Below, piece by piece: positions 38,077 to 52,022 of a DNA stretch of 64,000 bases (within the stretch, counting starts at the first letter, position 1; every line of letters starts with the position of its first letter). The notes under the pieces were generated by a model that searched no databases, had not been told where the DNA came from, and saw only the letters and a program-made list of their open reading frames with translations. Origin of the DNA: Eledone cirrhosa. Its lineage: Eukaryota. Both the position numbers and the translations under genes were made by a program. The DNA lies in NCBI GenBank assembly GCA_964016885.1, contig OZ024743.1, positions 31,124,001-31,188,000 of the forward strand, given 5' to 3'.

Positions 38077-41000
38077 GGGCTAGTCATGCCCTTTTCAGGG
38101 CAGCTCGTCCTGCATTGGGTCCCACCTGACACTCAGCTCTCACCTGTCGCCCCAAGAAGCTGTAGCATGCGACGGCGGCCACACCCTGGTAAACGAGCCG
38201 GCGGTTTTACCTTTGCAAGCGGTCGAAACCAACATAATAGAAAGAAGAACTCGACTCTTGGCGCATGGAATGTGCACCACCCTCGTGGATAGGGAAAGCT
38301 CCTTCAGGCCAGAGAGAAGAGCTGCTCTGATAGCAAGGGAAATAGCTCTCTACGGGATCGACATAGCCGCCCTCAGCGAGACTAGACTTGCCAAAGGAGG
38401 ATCAGTAGCAGAACCGAAACGAGGCTACACCTTCTTCTGGAAGGGCAATGCAGAGGACGAGGACAGAATCCACGTGGTAGTCCTGACCGTCAGGACTTCA
38501 CTCTGCAAGCAGCTACCAGACCTCCCAATACCTGTGAGTGAGTGGTTATGAAGCTCCGCCTCCCACTCAACCTATCTCAGCATGTCACAATCATCAGCGC
38601 GTACGCCCCCACTCTCATCAGTAGCGATGAAGCAAAGAACGTCCCCTCAAGCGATAAACTCATCCTACTGGGGGATTTCAATGAAGAGTCGGGTCTGACA
38701 GCAGCAACTGGAGATGCCTGCTGGGACCTCACGGCACAGGAAAGCTGAACTCTAACGGCCTCATACTGTTGAGTTTCTACGCCGAGAACGACCTCAACAT
38801 CACCAGCACACTGTTCCGCCAGGCAGACAAGTTCAAGACGACATGGATACACCCCAGATCCAAACAGTTGCATCTGATTGACTTTGCCATATGTCGCAGG
38901 TGGGACATCTGTGACGTCATAATCAGCAAGGTCATGCGTGGTGCAGAGTGTTGGACCGACCATCGCCTTGTAGGACCATCCTTTCACTGCCAATCACCCT
39001 GACGCATCGCAAGACACCGAAAGTCTGTAGGCCATCTTTCGACGTCGCACGACTCAAGCAGCCAGAGCATCGTGATGTTTTCGCGGAACACTTGGACGGC
39101 CGGCTGACTGCTCATGGACCACTGACTGGACCACCAACTCAACAGTGGGACCAGTTCAGGACGCTGGTGACAGAGTCAGCCAAGGCAACCATCCGGCCGA
39201 GGAAGAGAGTCCACCAGGACTGGTTTGATGAAATCGATGAGCGTATCAGACAGTTCCTGTACGATAAGCGGTGGGCTTTCATTGAGTGGCAGAATGACAG
39301 CTCCTCAACCTCGAAGCGCGACCGCTTCAAGCACCTCCAGAAGCAGACCCAAGCAGCGCTCCGCAGAATGCAGGATAAGTGGTGGGAAAAGAAGGCCGAA
39401 GATGTCGAGAGATAAACTGACACAAAGAACTCCAAGATGTTCTTCAGAGCCATCGGGGACGTCTACGGACCCCTCCAGCTTGTCAGCACACCACTACTGT
39501 ACTGTCTGCTGAGCGCTCGATCCTGCTGTAGAAGAATTGCAACATCAACTCGAGGTGGAGAGAGCACTTCAGCAACCTGCTCAACAGGCCCTCCACTGTC
39601 GACACTGCCGGCCTCGACCAGGTCCCAGAGAAGCCCGTGGTCAACAGCCTCAACCCACCCCCCTCACCTTGGATGAAGTCACGAAGGCAATCAACCAGAC
39701 CATCTCAGCAAAGCTCGGGTCATGCTCAACCGCCTCATTGCCAACATCTCGGAGGACAACCTGCCTGAGGCCCAATGTGGGTTCCGCCCAAACCGCAGCA
39801 CGATCGATATGATCTCTTTACGCCAGGTGCAGGAAAAGTGTGTCGAGCAGAACATGGACATCTTTGCCGTCTTCATAGACTTGACGAAGCCATTCGAAAC
39901 TGTCAACAGGGAAGCCCTCTTGTCGATCCTGTCGAAGTTTGAATGCCCGACAGGGTTTGTGAACCTGATACGGCAATTCCATGACGACATGACCGGGCAG
40001 GTGCGCTCGGGAGGAGAGGCATTGGAGCCGTTCGGAATTACCAACGGCGTCAAGCAAGGATGCGTGCTGGCTCTCGTCTTCTTCAATCTCTTCTTCACCT
40101 GCGTGCTCAATCATACCGTCAGGGACCTCGAGCACGGAGAGTATCTGTGATACAGACTGGACGGCTCCCTGTTTGACCTGCGGCGCCTGAGGCCCAAGAC
40201 AAGGACCGTGGAGAGTATCGTCCTGGAGGCACTTTTTGCTGACGAATGTGTCCTCATGACCCACGGGGAGTCTGATCTCCAACTCATCGTAAACAAGTTC
40301 GCAGATGCCTCCTGCTACTTCGGTCTCACAATTAACCTTGGCAAGACTGAGGTCCTGTTCCAAGCTGCACCTAACTCTGTCACCCTCCCTCCTTCCATCT
40401 CCATCGGAGGAACCCAGCTAAAGACGGTGGACGACTTCAAGTACCTCGGCAGTGTCATCAGCAACGATGGAAGGCTTGACAAGGAGATACACGCCAGAAT
40501 CTGCAAGGCCAGTCAAGCCCTCGGCAGACTGAGGGCACGCGTCCCGAACCAGCACAACATCAGGCAGTCCACCAAGCTCAAGGTGTACATGGCCGTTGTT
40601 CTCAGGAACCTGCTCTACGGATGTGAGACATGGACTCTGTACAGAAGGCACCTAAAGCAGCTGGAACGGTTACACATGCGCATTCGGCGGTCGATCATGG
40701 ACATCAAATGGTAGGTCAAGGTCTCCAACATCGAAGTTCTTGACATGGCTGAGAACAACCAGTGTCGAACTATGATACTGAAGAGCCAACTTCGATGGGT
40801 GGGACATGTCATCCGGATGGACGATCGCAGTCTTCCGAAACATCTGATGTATGGCGAACTCTGTTCGGGCAAACGAAAGCGGGGCAGGCCACTCACGAGT
40901 TTCAAAGACTGCGTGAAGTCCAGTATCAACAACACTGGAATCGCGCCAAAAAAACTCGAGTCTCCTGCTCAGGACAGGGCGGAGTGGCAAGCCCTTACAA

Positions 41001-41236
41001 GACGCGCCAAAGACTCTTTTGAAAAAAAAGAGACGGGTTGAGGTCACTGATGCCCGTGAAAGGTGGCGAAAGGCATCAACAGCTGCCCCAAGCAACTCCG
41101 GTCTCTTCCCCTGACTACAATCTCCCCGGACTTGCAAGTCAAGGTTGGGCCTCCACAGCCACCTTCGTGCCCATGGCAGTCGAGAACTAAAGTAAAGAAG
41201 ATGTCATCATCGTTTACGATGGACAACCAAGAAGAT
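38077..41236 (+). mobile_element. RTE-clade LINE, near full length, degenerate
   Basis: APE motifs LGAWNV, DIAALSETRL, ISAYAPT, LLGDFN, TDHRLV; RT motifs EAQCGFRPNRSTIDM, GVKQGCVL, LFADE; short GAAGA tail; internal deletions near 38635 and 39710. Confidence 0.92.
38213..41195 (+). pseudogene. RTE APE-RT ORF with frameshifts and stops
   Basis: Overlapping ORF fragments 38213-38551, 38542-38748, 38769-39002, 38948-39415, 39722-40150, 40208-40714, 40745-41041. Confidence 0.88.
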
Positions 41237-41249
41237 ATATATAACGGAG

Positions 41250-41455
41250 CGAGCGACGTTTGTCAAATCAGACCGAGGAAACAACGTTTCCATTGGTCTT
41301 TCCAATTGTTAATACTATCTATTTGTCGCAACGCCAGGTAATAGGAGCAACGTGAAATAACGAGTCTTGCTCAAGGACATAATGAATCGCCCGGCTCAAG
41401 GACATAATGCATCAACCTCATGATTGCGAATCAAATTCTCTAACCACTAAGCCAT
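41250..41455 (-). mobile_element. tRNA-derived SINE fragment (family S2)
   Basis: Minus strand ATGGCTTAGTGGTTAGAG head and GTCCTTGAGCAAGAC core, similar to 42745-43083. Confidence 0.6.
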
Positions 41456-41516
41456 ATATATATGACTTGTGATCAACAGGCGAAGTACCAGAGTAACAGC
41501 ATTCAGTATTCAACCT

Positions 41517-41586
<70 letters not shown>

Positions 41587-41734
41587 CGCACACACACACG
41601 AACATACACCCACACGCATGCACGAACACACACACACATATATATATAGAAAGCTAGAGATGGAGGGAGGGAGATATGTATGAGTGTGTGTGTTTAATAT
41701 AAAGTAAACCAGTACTATCTGACGATAATAATAA

Positions 41735-41922
41735 TTGGTTCTACTTTTAACACAAGGCCAGCAATTAACCAGTACATTACTGGTATTTTATTTTATCGAC
41801 CCCGTAAGGAAGAAAAGTAAAGATAACCTCGGTGGGATTTGAACTCAGACCATGAAGGGCCGTAACTCTTTGCTGCAAAGTATGGCGTCCGACCCTCTAC
41901 CGATACTGCCAATCCACCGTCC
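41735..41922 (-). mobile_element. S1 tRNA-SINE, full length
   Basis: Complete head, core and tail; TAATAATAAT on both sides. Confidence 0.78.
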
Positions 41923-42228
41923 TAATAATAATACTAATAATAAATTGCAACAGAATTAAGTATAGAATATATTTAGATATATATTATTCCGTGGAAACAA
42001 TTCTTCTACGTATCGAGGGGATTTATATGAGTTTATGGATATGTCGAGAGATGTTTCAGTATAAATATATTTGGATTACTTATGACAAGGTGATATTGGT
42101 ATGTTTATGTGTAATGAGGGATAAGAATGAACTGAAGGAAGTGAGGAAACGCCAGTTTTTGATGACGTATCAAAGGTCAGGGCAGGAGAAGAACAATTGA
42201 CACCAACAAATACATTGCTTGATAAATA

Positions 42229-42612
42229 TTCTTCTTCTTCTTCTTCTTCTTCTTCTTCTTCTTCTTCTTCTTCTTCTTCTTCTTCTTCTTCTTCCCGAGA
42301 GGATCTTGGGGCAGAACCCTCAAACACTCTTTCCAGCGGAACCTGTCAGGAGCAACCATCTCCAACTGATCTCCGAGCATGACCAGCCAAGCTCATGGAT
42401 GTTATCCAACAAACTTGCTCGGGATCTAACCGTGGGTCTCTAACCGGTTGCTTTTGCTCGCTCATTAAGTCTGTCCAGTGATTCTGTCCTGAGACATTCT
42501 ATCACATGCCCATAGTATCGGTACAGTGAATTTTCAATTCGGAGAAGTAGCGGCTCTACCTGGAGTGACACTCACATATCCGAGCTGCGCACTGTATCGA
42601 GTAACGTTACTT
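42229..42612 (-). mobile_element. 3' fragment of RTE-clade (Rex3/Expander-like) LINE with (GAA)n tail
   Basis: Minus strand reads QVEPLLLRIENSLYRYYGHV and QLEMVAPDRFRWKECLRVLP, then (GAA)n. Confidence 0.75.
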
Positions 42613-42744
42613 CAAAGGCAGACCCTTTTACATATATATATATCTATTATATATACATTAATATGTGTGAAGTTGTGTTTGCGAGTGTGGTTGTGTATGA
42701 GTGAAATTTCAATTGTATTTCAAGTATCTCTTAAAATATTAAGC

Positions 42745-43083
42745 CCATGGCTTAGTGGCTAGAGCATTGGGCTTGCAATTGGAAGGTTGTGTGTTCGATT
42801 CTCGGACCTGGTGATACCTTCTGTCCGTGAGCAAGACACTTTATTTCACGTTGTTCCAGTTTAGTCAGCTCTTGAAATAAGTTGCGACATCACTGATGTC
42901 ACGTTCAATCGGCCATTGCCTTTCCTTTGGAAATCATCCGTTGCGTGGAGGGTGGGGGGCGGGTGTTTGCATGGGTGACTGCTGGTCTCCGACAAACAAT
43001 CTTCACTTGACTTGTGCCTCAGAGGGTAACTTCTTTCTCGGGGCAAATCCCATGGTCATTTGTGACTGAATGGTGTCTTTACT
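42745..43083 (+). mobile_element. tRNA-derived SINE (family S2)
   Basis: A box TGGCTTAGTGG, B box GTTCGATTC, core GTGAGCAAGACACTTTATTTCACGTTG, 3' CCCATGGTCATT. Confidence 0.7.
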
Positions 43084-44037
43084 CATAATAGTAATAATAA
43101 CTTAGATGACAATTTATCATCAAGCTTTCATTCTCCATAACAGAGTATACGGTAAACTTTGAATAATGTTGAGCATAAGAATCTGATTGTGATTAGGAAA
43201 TGGGTACCTTTGACTTACAACATCTTCCTGGGTGAAGAATAGTAATTGACAAAAGCATACATTATTAGCGTATGTCACGAAAAACACCTACGGAAATTCC
43301 CGAGTTGAAAGAGGAAACTTAATTTATTGAATATTTATAACACATTATTCTTAGTTTTTGATGAACATACTCCAGGAAAATGAACATATCTAATTTGATG
43401 CTGGAATGAAACGCCTTATATTATGTATTTTTCGGAGTCTAGAACATATGACATCTTTCGAAAAAGCACTGACGTATGTAGCAGTAATATTTAAATGAAA
43501 TAGGCACACACAGAGACACACACGCACACACATACGCACAGACATACACACATACACACGCACATATAAACAAAAAACATAGGATATGTTTATATACAAT
43601 AAGTATATGGAGCTCCGCTATCAAACATGACATATTTGTTTTAGTAACGGCAGCTTATTTTTCTCTATTTATCTATATGAGTGAGCACATTATAGATTTT
43701 ATCAGTAACCGTCAAGCATGCCAGACAACACTATTTTAAGATTCGTTAATATTTCATCAGTTACATACACACAACTGAAATGGATATAGACTAGCTACAG
43801 TCTATAAAGATTACGTTTTCCGTGTACATTTTCCTGGTGCTGCATATTTTAGTTCACTACAACAGCATTTACGCACATTAGCGGTGCATATGACATAATA
43901 TATAGCAGCACAAACACAAGGTTTAAGTAAAATAAGCTATTGCCAATTCCATAGGAAGAAATAAAAAAGGAAAACAATATATTTTTCTTCCTAATAATCG
44001 TCTCTTTCTCCCTGTTTTCATATATATATAACGAATA

Positions 44038-44173
44038 TAACGAAGTAGGTGTGGTAATGAAACAGATGGACCATAACGCACCATAGTACTCAATACTTAG
44101 GCTAGTATAGTGGGTAACTTGCAAAAGTTTAACCCCGACGGCAGAGCTCTAGCCATTTCGTCGGCTATTTCCT
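44038..44173. mobile_element. P3 single-arm fragment
   Basis: Matches the left arm of 3505-3640; TA repeats on both sides. Confidence 0.6.
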
Positions 44174-44389
44174 ATATATATATATATATACATATATATG
44201 TCACATAAGAAATGGAGAATAAGTTGTGAAACGAATTAAAATGTATAAGACATATTACAATCGTTTCTCTGGCGACCAGCTCGAGGCACGATCGATGCGA
44301 TGATCGAACCTGACTCTGAAATCGCATGATACTCAGATAAGACTCACTCTTTCGAAGCAGAGTTTCCAAATATACGTGTGTGTGTGTGT

Positions 44390-44703
44390 GTCCTACACGA
44401 GTGAAAGTATAAGGAAAAAGAGATGAAATCGAAAATGCAACTGGAGTCTTATTTTTTTTTTAAATATATATATATTTATTTGGTTCCTTTACCGGTTTCG
44501 CAGTTCTTCTGCTTTTCAAAAGGTGAGTTGAGATGGAGGGTCTGTGGTTTTTCTCACATATGTGAGAAAACCACAGACCATCCATCTCAACTCACCTTTT
44601 GAAAAGCAGAAGAACTGCGAAACCGGTAAAGGAACCAAATAAATATATATATATTTTAAAAAAAAATAAGACTCCAGTTGCATTTTCGATTTCATCTCTT
44701 TTT

Positions 44704-44709
<6 letters not shown>
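44390..44709. mobile_element. Family P5 spacerless palindrome (PLE-like terminus)
   Basis: ~150 bp arms centred at CACAT|ATGTG (44559/44560); homologues at 54220-54407 and 55123-55283. Confidence 0.75.
44595..44632 (+). ncRNA. Hammerhead-like fold with U3:A8 core variant (P5)
   Basis: CCTT-TTGAAAA-GCAG-AAGAA-CTGC-GAAA-CCGG-TA-AAGG. Confidence 0.6.
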
Positions 44710-44754
<45 letters not shown>

Positions 44755-44859
44755 AGCATCTGTGAGTGTGCTCGCACTGTACTGAAGCACACGGACACAA
44801 ATGTATGTGTGTATATATATATATATATATAGATATGTGTGTGTGTGCGTGTGTGTGTA

Positions 44860-44925
<66 letters not shown>

Positions 44926-44981
44926 TGTACATATATTTATATATATATACGTGTGTGCCTGTATGTATATATATATATATA

Positions 44982-45804
<823 letters not shown>

Positions 45805-45865
45805 TATATTTATATATATGTATATATATTATATATATATATATGTATGTATATATATATATATA

Positions 45866-45935
<70 letters not shown>

Positions 45936-45939
45936 TATA

Positions 45940-46046
<107 letters not shown>

Positions 46047-46320
46047 GTATATGTGTGTGTGTCTGTGTGCTTCAGTACAGTGCGAGCACACACACATATG
46101 CTTATATAGATATATTAGGGGTTCCTGATGATTTCTCCCGAATGAAACAGTCCTAGTCCTGTAGAAGCCATTTCTATATTAAGTATATATACATGTGTGT
46201 GTGTGATTGTGTATGTGTGTGTGTGTGCGTATGTGGGTATTTGTGTTTGTGTGTGTGTGGGCGTGTGTGTTTGTGTGTGTGCGTCCGTGCGTGTGTGTGT
46301 GCGTGCGTGTTTATGTAAAG

Positions 46321-46363
46321 ACTAGTTACGGCTCTCTCCACTCTAGTTTACTAGAGTCGGAGT
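46321..46363 (-). mobile_element. Possible Helitron 3' terminus
   Basis: Minus-strand hairpin ACTCTAGT-AA-ACTAGAGT followed shortly by CTAGT. Confidence 0.3.
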
Positions 46364-48315
46364 GAAACAATAGCTTCCAGTAAATTCGTAAGAAATACTG
46401 CGTATATTGAGTAGATACTTCACCCTGTTACACTTTCAAATACACAGATATACATAGTTTCATACTCACACAAACTCACACGAAATCTAATTTAGATATA
46501 AGTATTTGTGTGAGTGCGTGTATGTTTATCTGTGTTTATGCATCTGTGTCAATCGGTTTCTACAAAAGAATTCACTTTCGTATACCAGCATATATAAAAT
46601 ACACATAGCATTGAGAATACATATAAATGAGCCTATGTAGAAATAAGTTGTATTGATTTTAATTGTATTACTGTTTCAAATAATAGGAACACCAAGTGGC
46701 AAAATGTGTTTCTGACAGCGTCTACTTTCGGCATCATTTTTAGTTATTTTTTTACTTTTCTTTTCATTCATTTGTCGAAAAATATTTAACTGACTCATAG
46801 GTTTTTGATTTTACTATTTCACCTGACCTACTGCTAAAAGTGAGGTAATTTCCGAAATAGGGAACCAATCAGTTTGCCGTCATTTTTCAATTCGTACAAT
46901 TAGAAAGTGTAAAAGCTTCAATAGCGACTATTTATATTTTTATTTTTATTATCGATTTAGCACTGAACATTCTTTCCACTTTTGTTTCTTCGTGTTGGTA
47001 ATGGAAAAATGAAATTGGGTTTAAAACCAAATTCCATTTATTGAATAAAATAAAGTATAAAAGTTTTTCCGCAAAACGAAAATAATATTATTGTGTTTAA
47101 ATGGGTAATTTCAAATGAAAGAATACAGCGAAACGTAAACATATGAAAATAACTTTTAGAAATAGAAATATATTTTTTTCGTTTACAGAAAGGGGAGTTA
47201 TAAAACAACGGAGGTGTGTTTGGAAACATTAATCATTTCCACGCCCTGAATTAGTTAAATGATTGAACCACTCATTCTTGAAGTTATATGCAAATCATTC
47301 GATATTAACATAGTCCAGGGTCAACGTTTTCTCCAATTGATATTATAGATCGATTGAATAATCATGGGTGGAGAAATTGGTCCATTTTAATTAATTACTT
47401 TTCTTATTCCTGTATCTTTCTCCGAACGCATTATTTCCGCCTGGGAATTCATAATGTTTCGTATATCACTCGTATACTTATTGGGTCGGCTTTAGTGTAA
47501 AAGACATGTCAACACTTCTCGACAGACTTTGAGGTGGGTGAGAGATATCTTCTCTAAAGAGAATCGGTATAAAGTAAAATCTACCCATTTTACCTCATTT
47601 CTCCCCGTTTTGGAGCACTTCTTTTAGGGTCACGCCCCGTTTGGTTTTTAGAGGTTGGCAGGTCTAGTGAACAAATATGGAATACCTTAAGTTGGTTTAG
47701 TTGCATTGTGTTGGATTTTATGTCTTACTTACGAGTTGAAACCAACCGAGATTGAAATTTTACTCTTCCCTTGACTAAATGTGTACCAGCACCATATAAG
47801 CTCAGAAGATAGAATTAGGAAGATGGTACCGTCGTTGTTGAATATTTTCTAACATTTAATCCACACCCATTATATCCTTCACTATCTACCTCCACGCACG
47901 TAGCAATTTCACACATTGTAGCTTAACCGTTTGCGATTGAAGTACAATATCGTCATACCCGAAACTAAGCAGCTTATTTTATAAACATACCACCCAATGA
48001 AATATAAAGGTAACGATAATATTCGCTATCACTTTCTTTCTACAACGCCCCTCTCGAATGTTACTCTCTGTGTGTGTATCTATATGTAGAAAGTCATATA
48101 CATGCTTGTACATGCCTTTTCGTTGGCCAGTCACTCGCCCACTCTCACGCAATAATCCACAATCTGACAGCGGCCAAATTGTCACGGTCCAGCGGCCAGC
48201 CTGTCACGGTCCAGCGTCCATGCTTCAAACATACGATGACACCTACACGCCCGCACGTACACACAAGGACGTACACACTCAAGTACGCACGCCCGCATAC
48301 ATACACACATGCGTT

Positions 48316-48365
<50 letters not shown>

Positions 48366-49361
48366 CACGCATGCATACACACATATTCAGCCCAAATATG
48401 AAATGTTAAACTCTTTTCCTAAAACTCTTTATCGCGTTAGATACCACTCGAGCAGAAAATCTCAGAAATGTTTGACTGCATACGGAAGTGTTTTAGCTCA
48501 TGTTTTCCATTCCTGTCTCTTCTTACTATTTATATTTATATTCATCTTTTATTTATAATTTTATATTCTGATAAACAACTACTTTCCGAAGCGAATGGCT
48601 GCAATTGCTGAGTATGAATCTGGTCCAGCTACCATAACTAACGGCGTTGAAATTGGTTATTACAAAAACGTTAATAACTAATGATAATCCAATTCATCTT
48701 CTAGACGATTGAATCCTTGTGAAACATAATTTGCATCATAACTACTGGCTGATGCAGCACATATTATTTTAACTAATATATCTATTTTGAGTGATTTCTC
48801 TTTAATAACGTCCAAATTAGCCAAAGGTTGTATGAAGGAAAAATTCAATGTAATCAACAATTCGTTGGCTGTGCTTTTCATTTCAATTTGCATTCCAATT
48901 AAAATCGAAGAAAGCAATTTCACAAGTTCTGTTATTTCGTAAACAGAATTCAAATATCGATTGCTTATTTAAGTGAAATGTCTCAAAAGAATTCAAATAT
49001 ATAGCAATTAGACATTTCGCATAATAAATATATAATTAACCAATACGAATAAACAACTGCAAAATGCAAGCAACGTCAACGCCGCTACAATCATACCAAC
49101 ATTATCGTTATTAACACTTACACAAACGCCGCAAATATGTTAATTGATTGCTACAATTTACACAATTCGCGATTGATACAAATCATTTTCTTTTAAGCAA
49201 AATAAAGAATAATTAAAGATACCCATTGATATTGCGTTAGAAAGCGTTTTTCTCCAAATACATAACATATCATACACAGGAAACGTGATGTTTTAATAGA
49301 AATTCCCAAATAGAAAATCCCAAATCACACACACTCATCTGATGTATGACACTCACACACA

Positions 49362-49444
<83 letters not shown>

Positions 49445-49569
49445 CTATCGGATTCAAACAGGAAGTAAGGTACTCAGTGCGTTGGTAGGGTGTATACAAG
49501 AAATTGAATATAGAAATAGCGAAATAGCTACTACAGGTCTAGAACCGTTTCCTATATATATATATATAT

Positions 49570-49776
49570 AGGAAAAGAGTCAAGACCCCGACGGCAGAGC
49601 TCAAGCCGTTTAGACAGCTATTTCTGGACTCATCCAATCCTGAAATAGCTGTCGAAACGGCTTGAGCTCTGCCGTCGGGGTCATACATTTTCCTATTATC
49701 CACTCTACTACCCTAAGTATTGAGTACTCTGGTGCGTTATGGTCCACCTGTTTCCTTACCACAATTCCTTCGTTAT
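49570..49776. mobile_element. Fold-back PLE-like terminus, family P3 (opposite orientation)
   Basis: Short left arm and long right arm, homologous to 3505-3696; TA flanks. Confidence 0.65.
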
Positions 49777-50394
49777 AAATATATATAATTGTTTCTACTT
49801 TTGTCACAAGCCCAATTCCTTAGAGAATTATATTTTGAAAATAAATATACAATCGAAGGACACAGAACTCCATGGTCATCGGCAGTTGATATGGACTTGG
49901 GCAGTTCAGAACCCTACCAAAGGTTCTGTTGGTCCATCGGGGTCATAGGCAAACGATATCCATAATATCGACCCGACCTAGGTTTAGATCTGTCAACCTT
50001 TCTCCTTCTACCTCACCTTTTTTCTTGCGCTATAGTCCTTGCCCTTTCCCTATATATTTTTCTTCTCATATATGGTATTTTTAGTCCCATACTTTACTTT
50101 CCTACACAACCAGATATTCCCTTCCTTACCCTTCCCCCTTTTTCATTACTGACATTTTCTTTTTATCTTTTTTCATATTATTTCCATCATTTGATTGTAA
50201 AATATAGTTGAGATAAAAATCTTTGTTTAAATAACCATACAAATATTATATAGTAAGAGTTCTAACTGTGTAGAACACATTGAGAGGAAAATCAAATGCC
50301 ATTGCGTTTAAGTGACATGATCAGTATACTTTTGGTAGCCACCGAGTCCTGAATTATGTTAATATTGAAGGGTGCGGGGAATTGGAAATCTTGT

Positions 50395-50487
50395 CGAAGT
50401 TAACTTTGCCTTTCATCCTTACGGGGTCGATAAAATAAAGTACCAGAAATGTACAGTAATGTATTTGTGCCAACAGTAGAAACAATT
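50395..50487 (+). mobile_element. S1 SINE 3' fragment
   Basis: GTTAACTTTGCCTTTCATCCTTACGGGGTCGATAAAATAAAGTACCAG...GTAGAAACAAT. Confidence 0.65.
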
Positions 50488-51855
50488 ATATTAGCTGTTT
50501 TATTAAAATGCTAACATCTACATTAGGTTAATATGTTGATCAAATAAAGTCCAAATACATCATTCTAAGAAATGGATGATTATATACTTGCTACATATGA
50601 TAATGAACATAGTTATCTTTAAATAACGAGTAATGCAGAAATCTAGATAACCTGACATGTTTGATAAGATTCACATATGTTTACTCTAAATAGGATCCAG
50701 TTAATTTATAGCCAATTTTAGACATATATAGAGTCCTTGAACGTATAGACATTACAAAATAGTACATATACTTGTGCGTGTTTATTCTGATAGAGATTAC
50801 AGTCATATCTCTTACTAAATAATAAGAAAAAATGCAAATCGGATAATGTGGATCTGTATACTGTGATAATCATTTGAACAATCTTCTTATCTATTATGTT
50901 TGAACAAGAATCAATGACAAAAGCAATACTACGTTATCAGCGCAAATAGATGATTTAAATATTTCTCCGTTTAATCATTCTTCTATGATAGCAATATATG
51001 GTGTTGATGGTGTAGTAAAACTGAGAAAATATGCCGTATAAGATAATTCTTCCCTGTACATGAGTGCTTAATCACGAATTATATCAATTAATTAGAATTC
51101 TGATGACATTCATAATTGAATAGAATCCACAATGTATATTAATTTGAAGTGAGAAAATCACCCAATCTAATTTTAAGCAATCTTTAACAAGGGACACTTT
51201 CAACTATTTTAGACATGGAATTCCGAATTATTATGGATTCTAAATATGGAAACAATTTAGCTCGAGGTATTCCTGATTATTCCCAATCTACTGGTTAGTA
51301 ATGATTACTTGCTATTGTCGTAAGGCAAATCAATCTATAGATTACCAAAATAATTTAGAGAACTCCTACAAATCAAGAAGTTACAGATGATTGTTAGATA
51401 GACATCTCTGCGGGAAAAATGGGCTTTATTGGATTCTTGTAAAAGGGAAAAGTGAAACGAAGATATCTAAAATCATTTTCTTTAATGACATTAAAATAGA
51501 AAAAAAAAATGTTAACTAAACTAATTTTGCATCGAATATGCCTAAAGGCATGTAACATTATTGGGATAGTTCGAGTAAAAAATCTGCGAGTGTATTGGTT
51601 ACGTAGAAACAGCACTCTCAACAAGTAAGCTCCAATTAAATTGACTCAAAACTGAATATCTAGAATACGAGATGACAAAACAAAGTTACTTCAATATATC
51701 TCACCATATACTTCTCTGTTATGGTTTGACTGTTGTGATAAAATATATTTCACAGTATTAAATCTATGTCACATATCTGTGCACGAATATATTGCGAAAC
51801 CTATTCTGTACATGATAAGCTTTTGTGATTATCGTTGATATTTCAGACCCAACTT

Positions 51856-52022
51856 TAAATATATCATATGTATTTCAAAATATCTACGAATATTTAACTG
51901 TATCGTATGTAGTTTTAAATATTTACGTATATTAAAATATATCAATGTGTACTTTTGCATATTTACGAATATTTAAATATATCATATGTATATTTAAATA
52001 TTTTCGAATATTTAAATATATT
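51856..52022. repeat. AT-rich minisatellite, ~38 bp unit, about 4 copies
   Basis: Recurring AAATATATCATATGTA...ATATTTACGAATATTT. Confidence 0.65.

Noticed and set aside
48170-48216. Short direct repeat CGGCCA...TGTCACGGTCCAGCG
   Set aside because: Only two copies and no termini; cannot be assigned to an element
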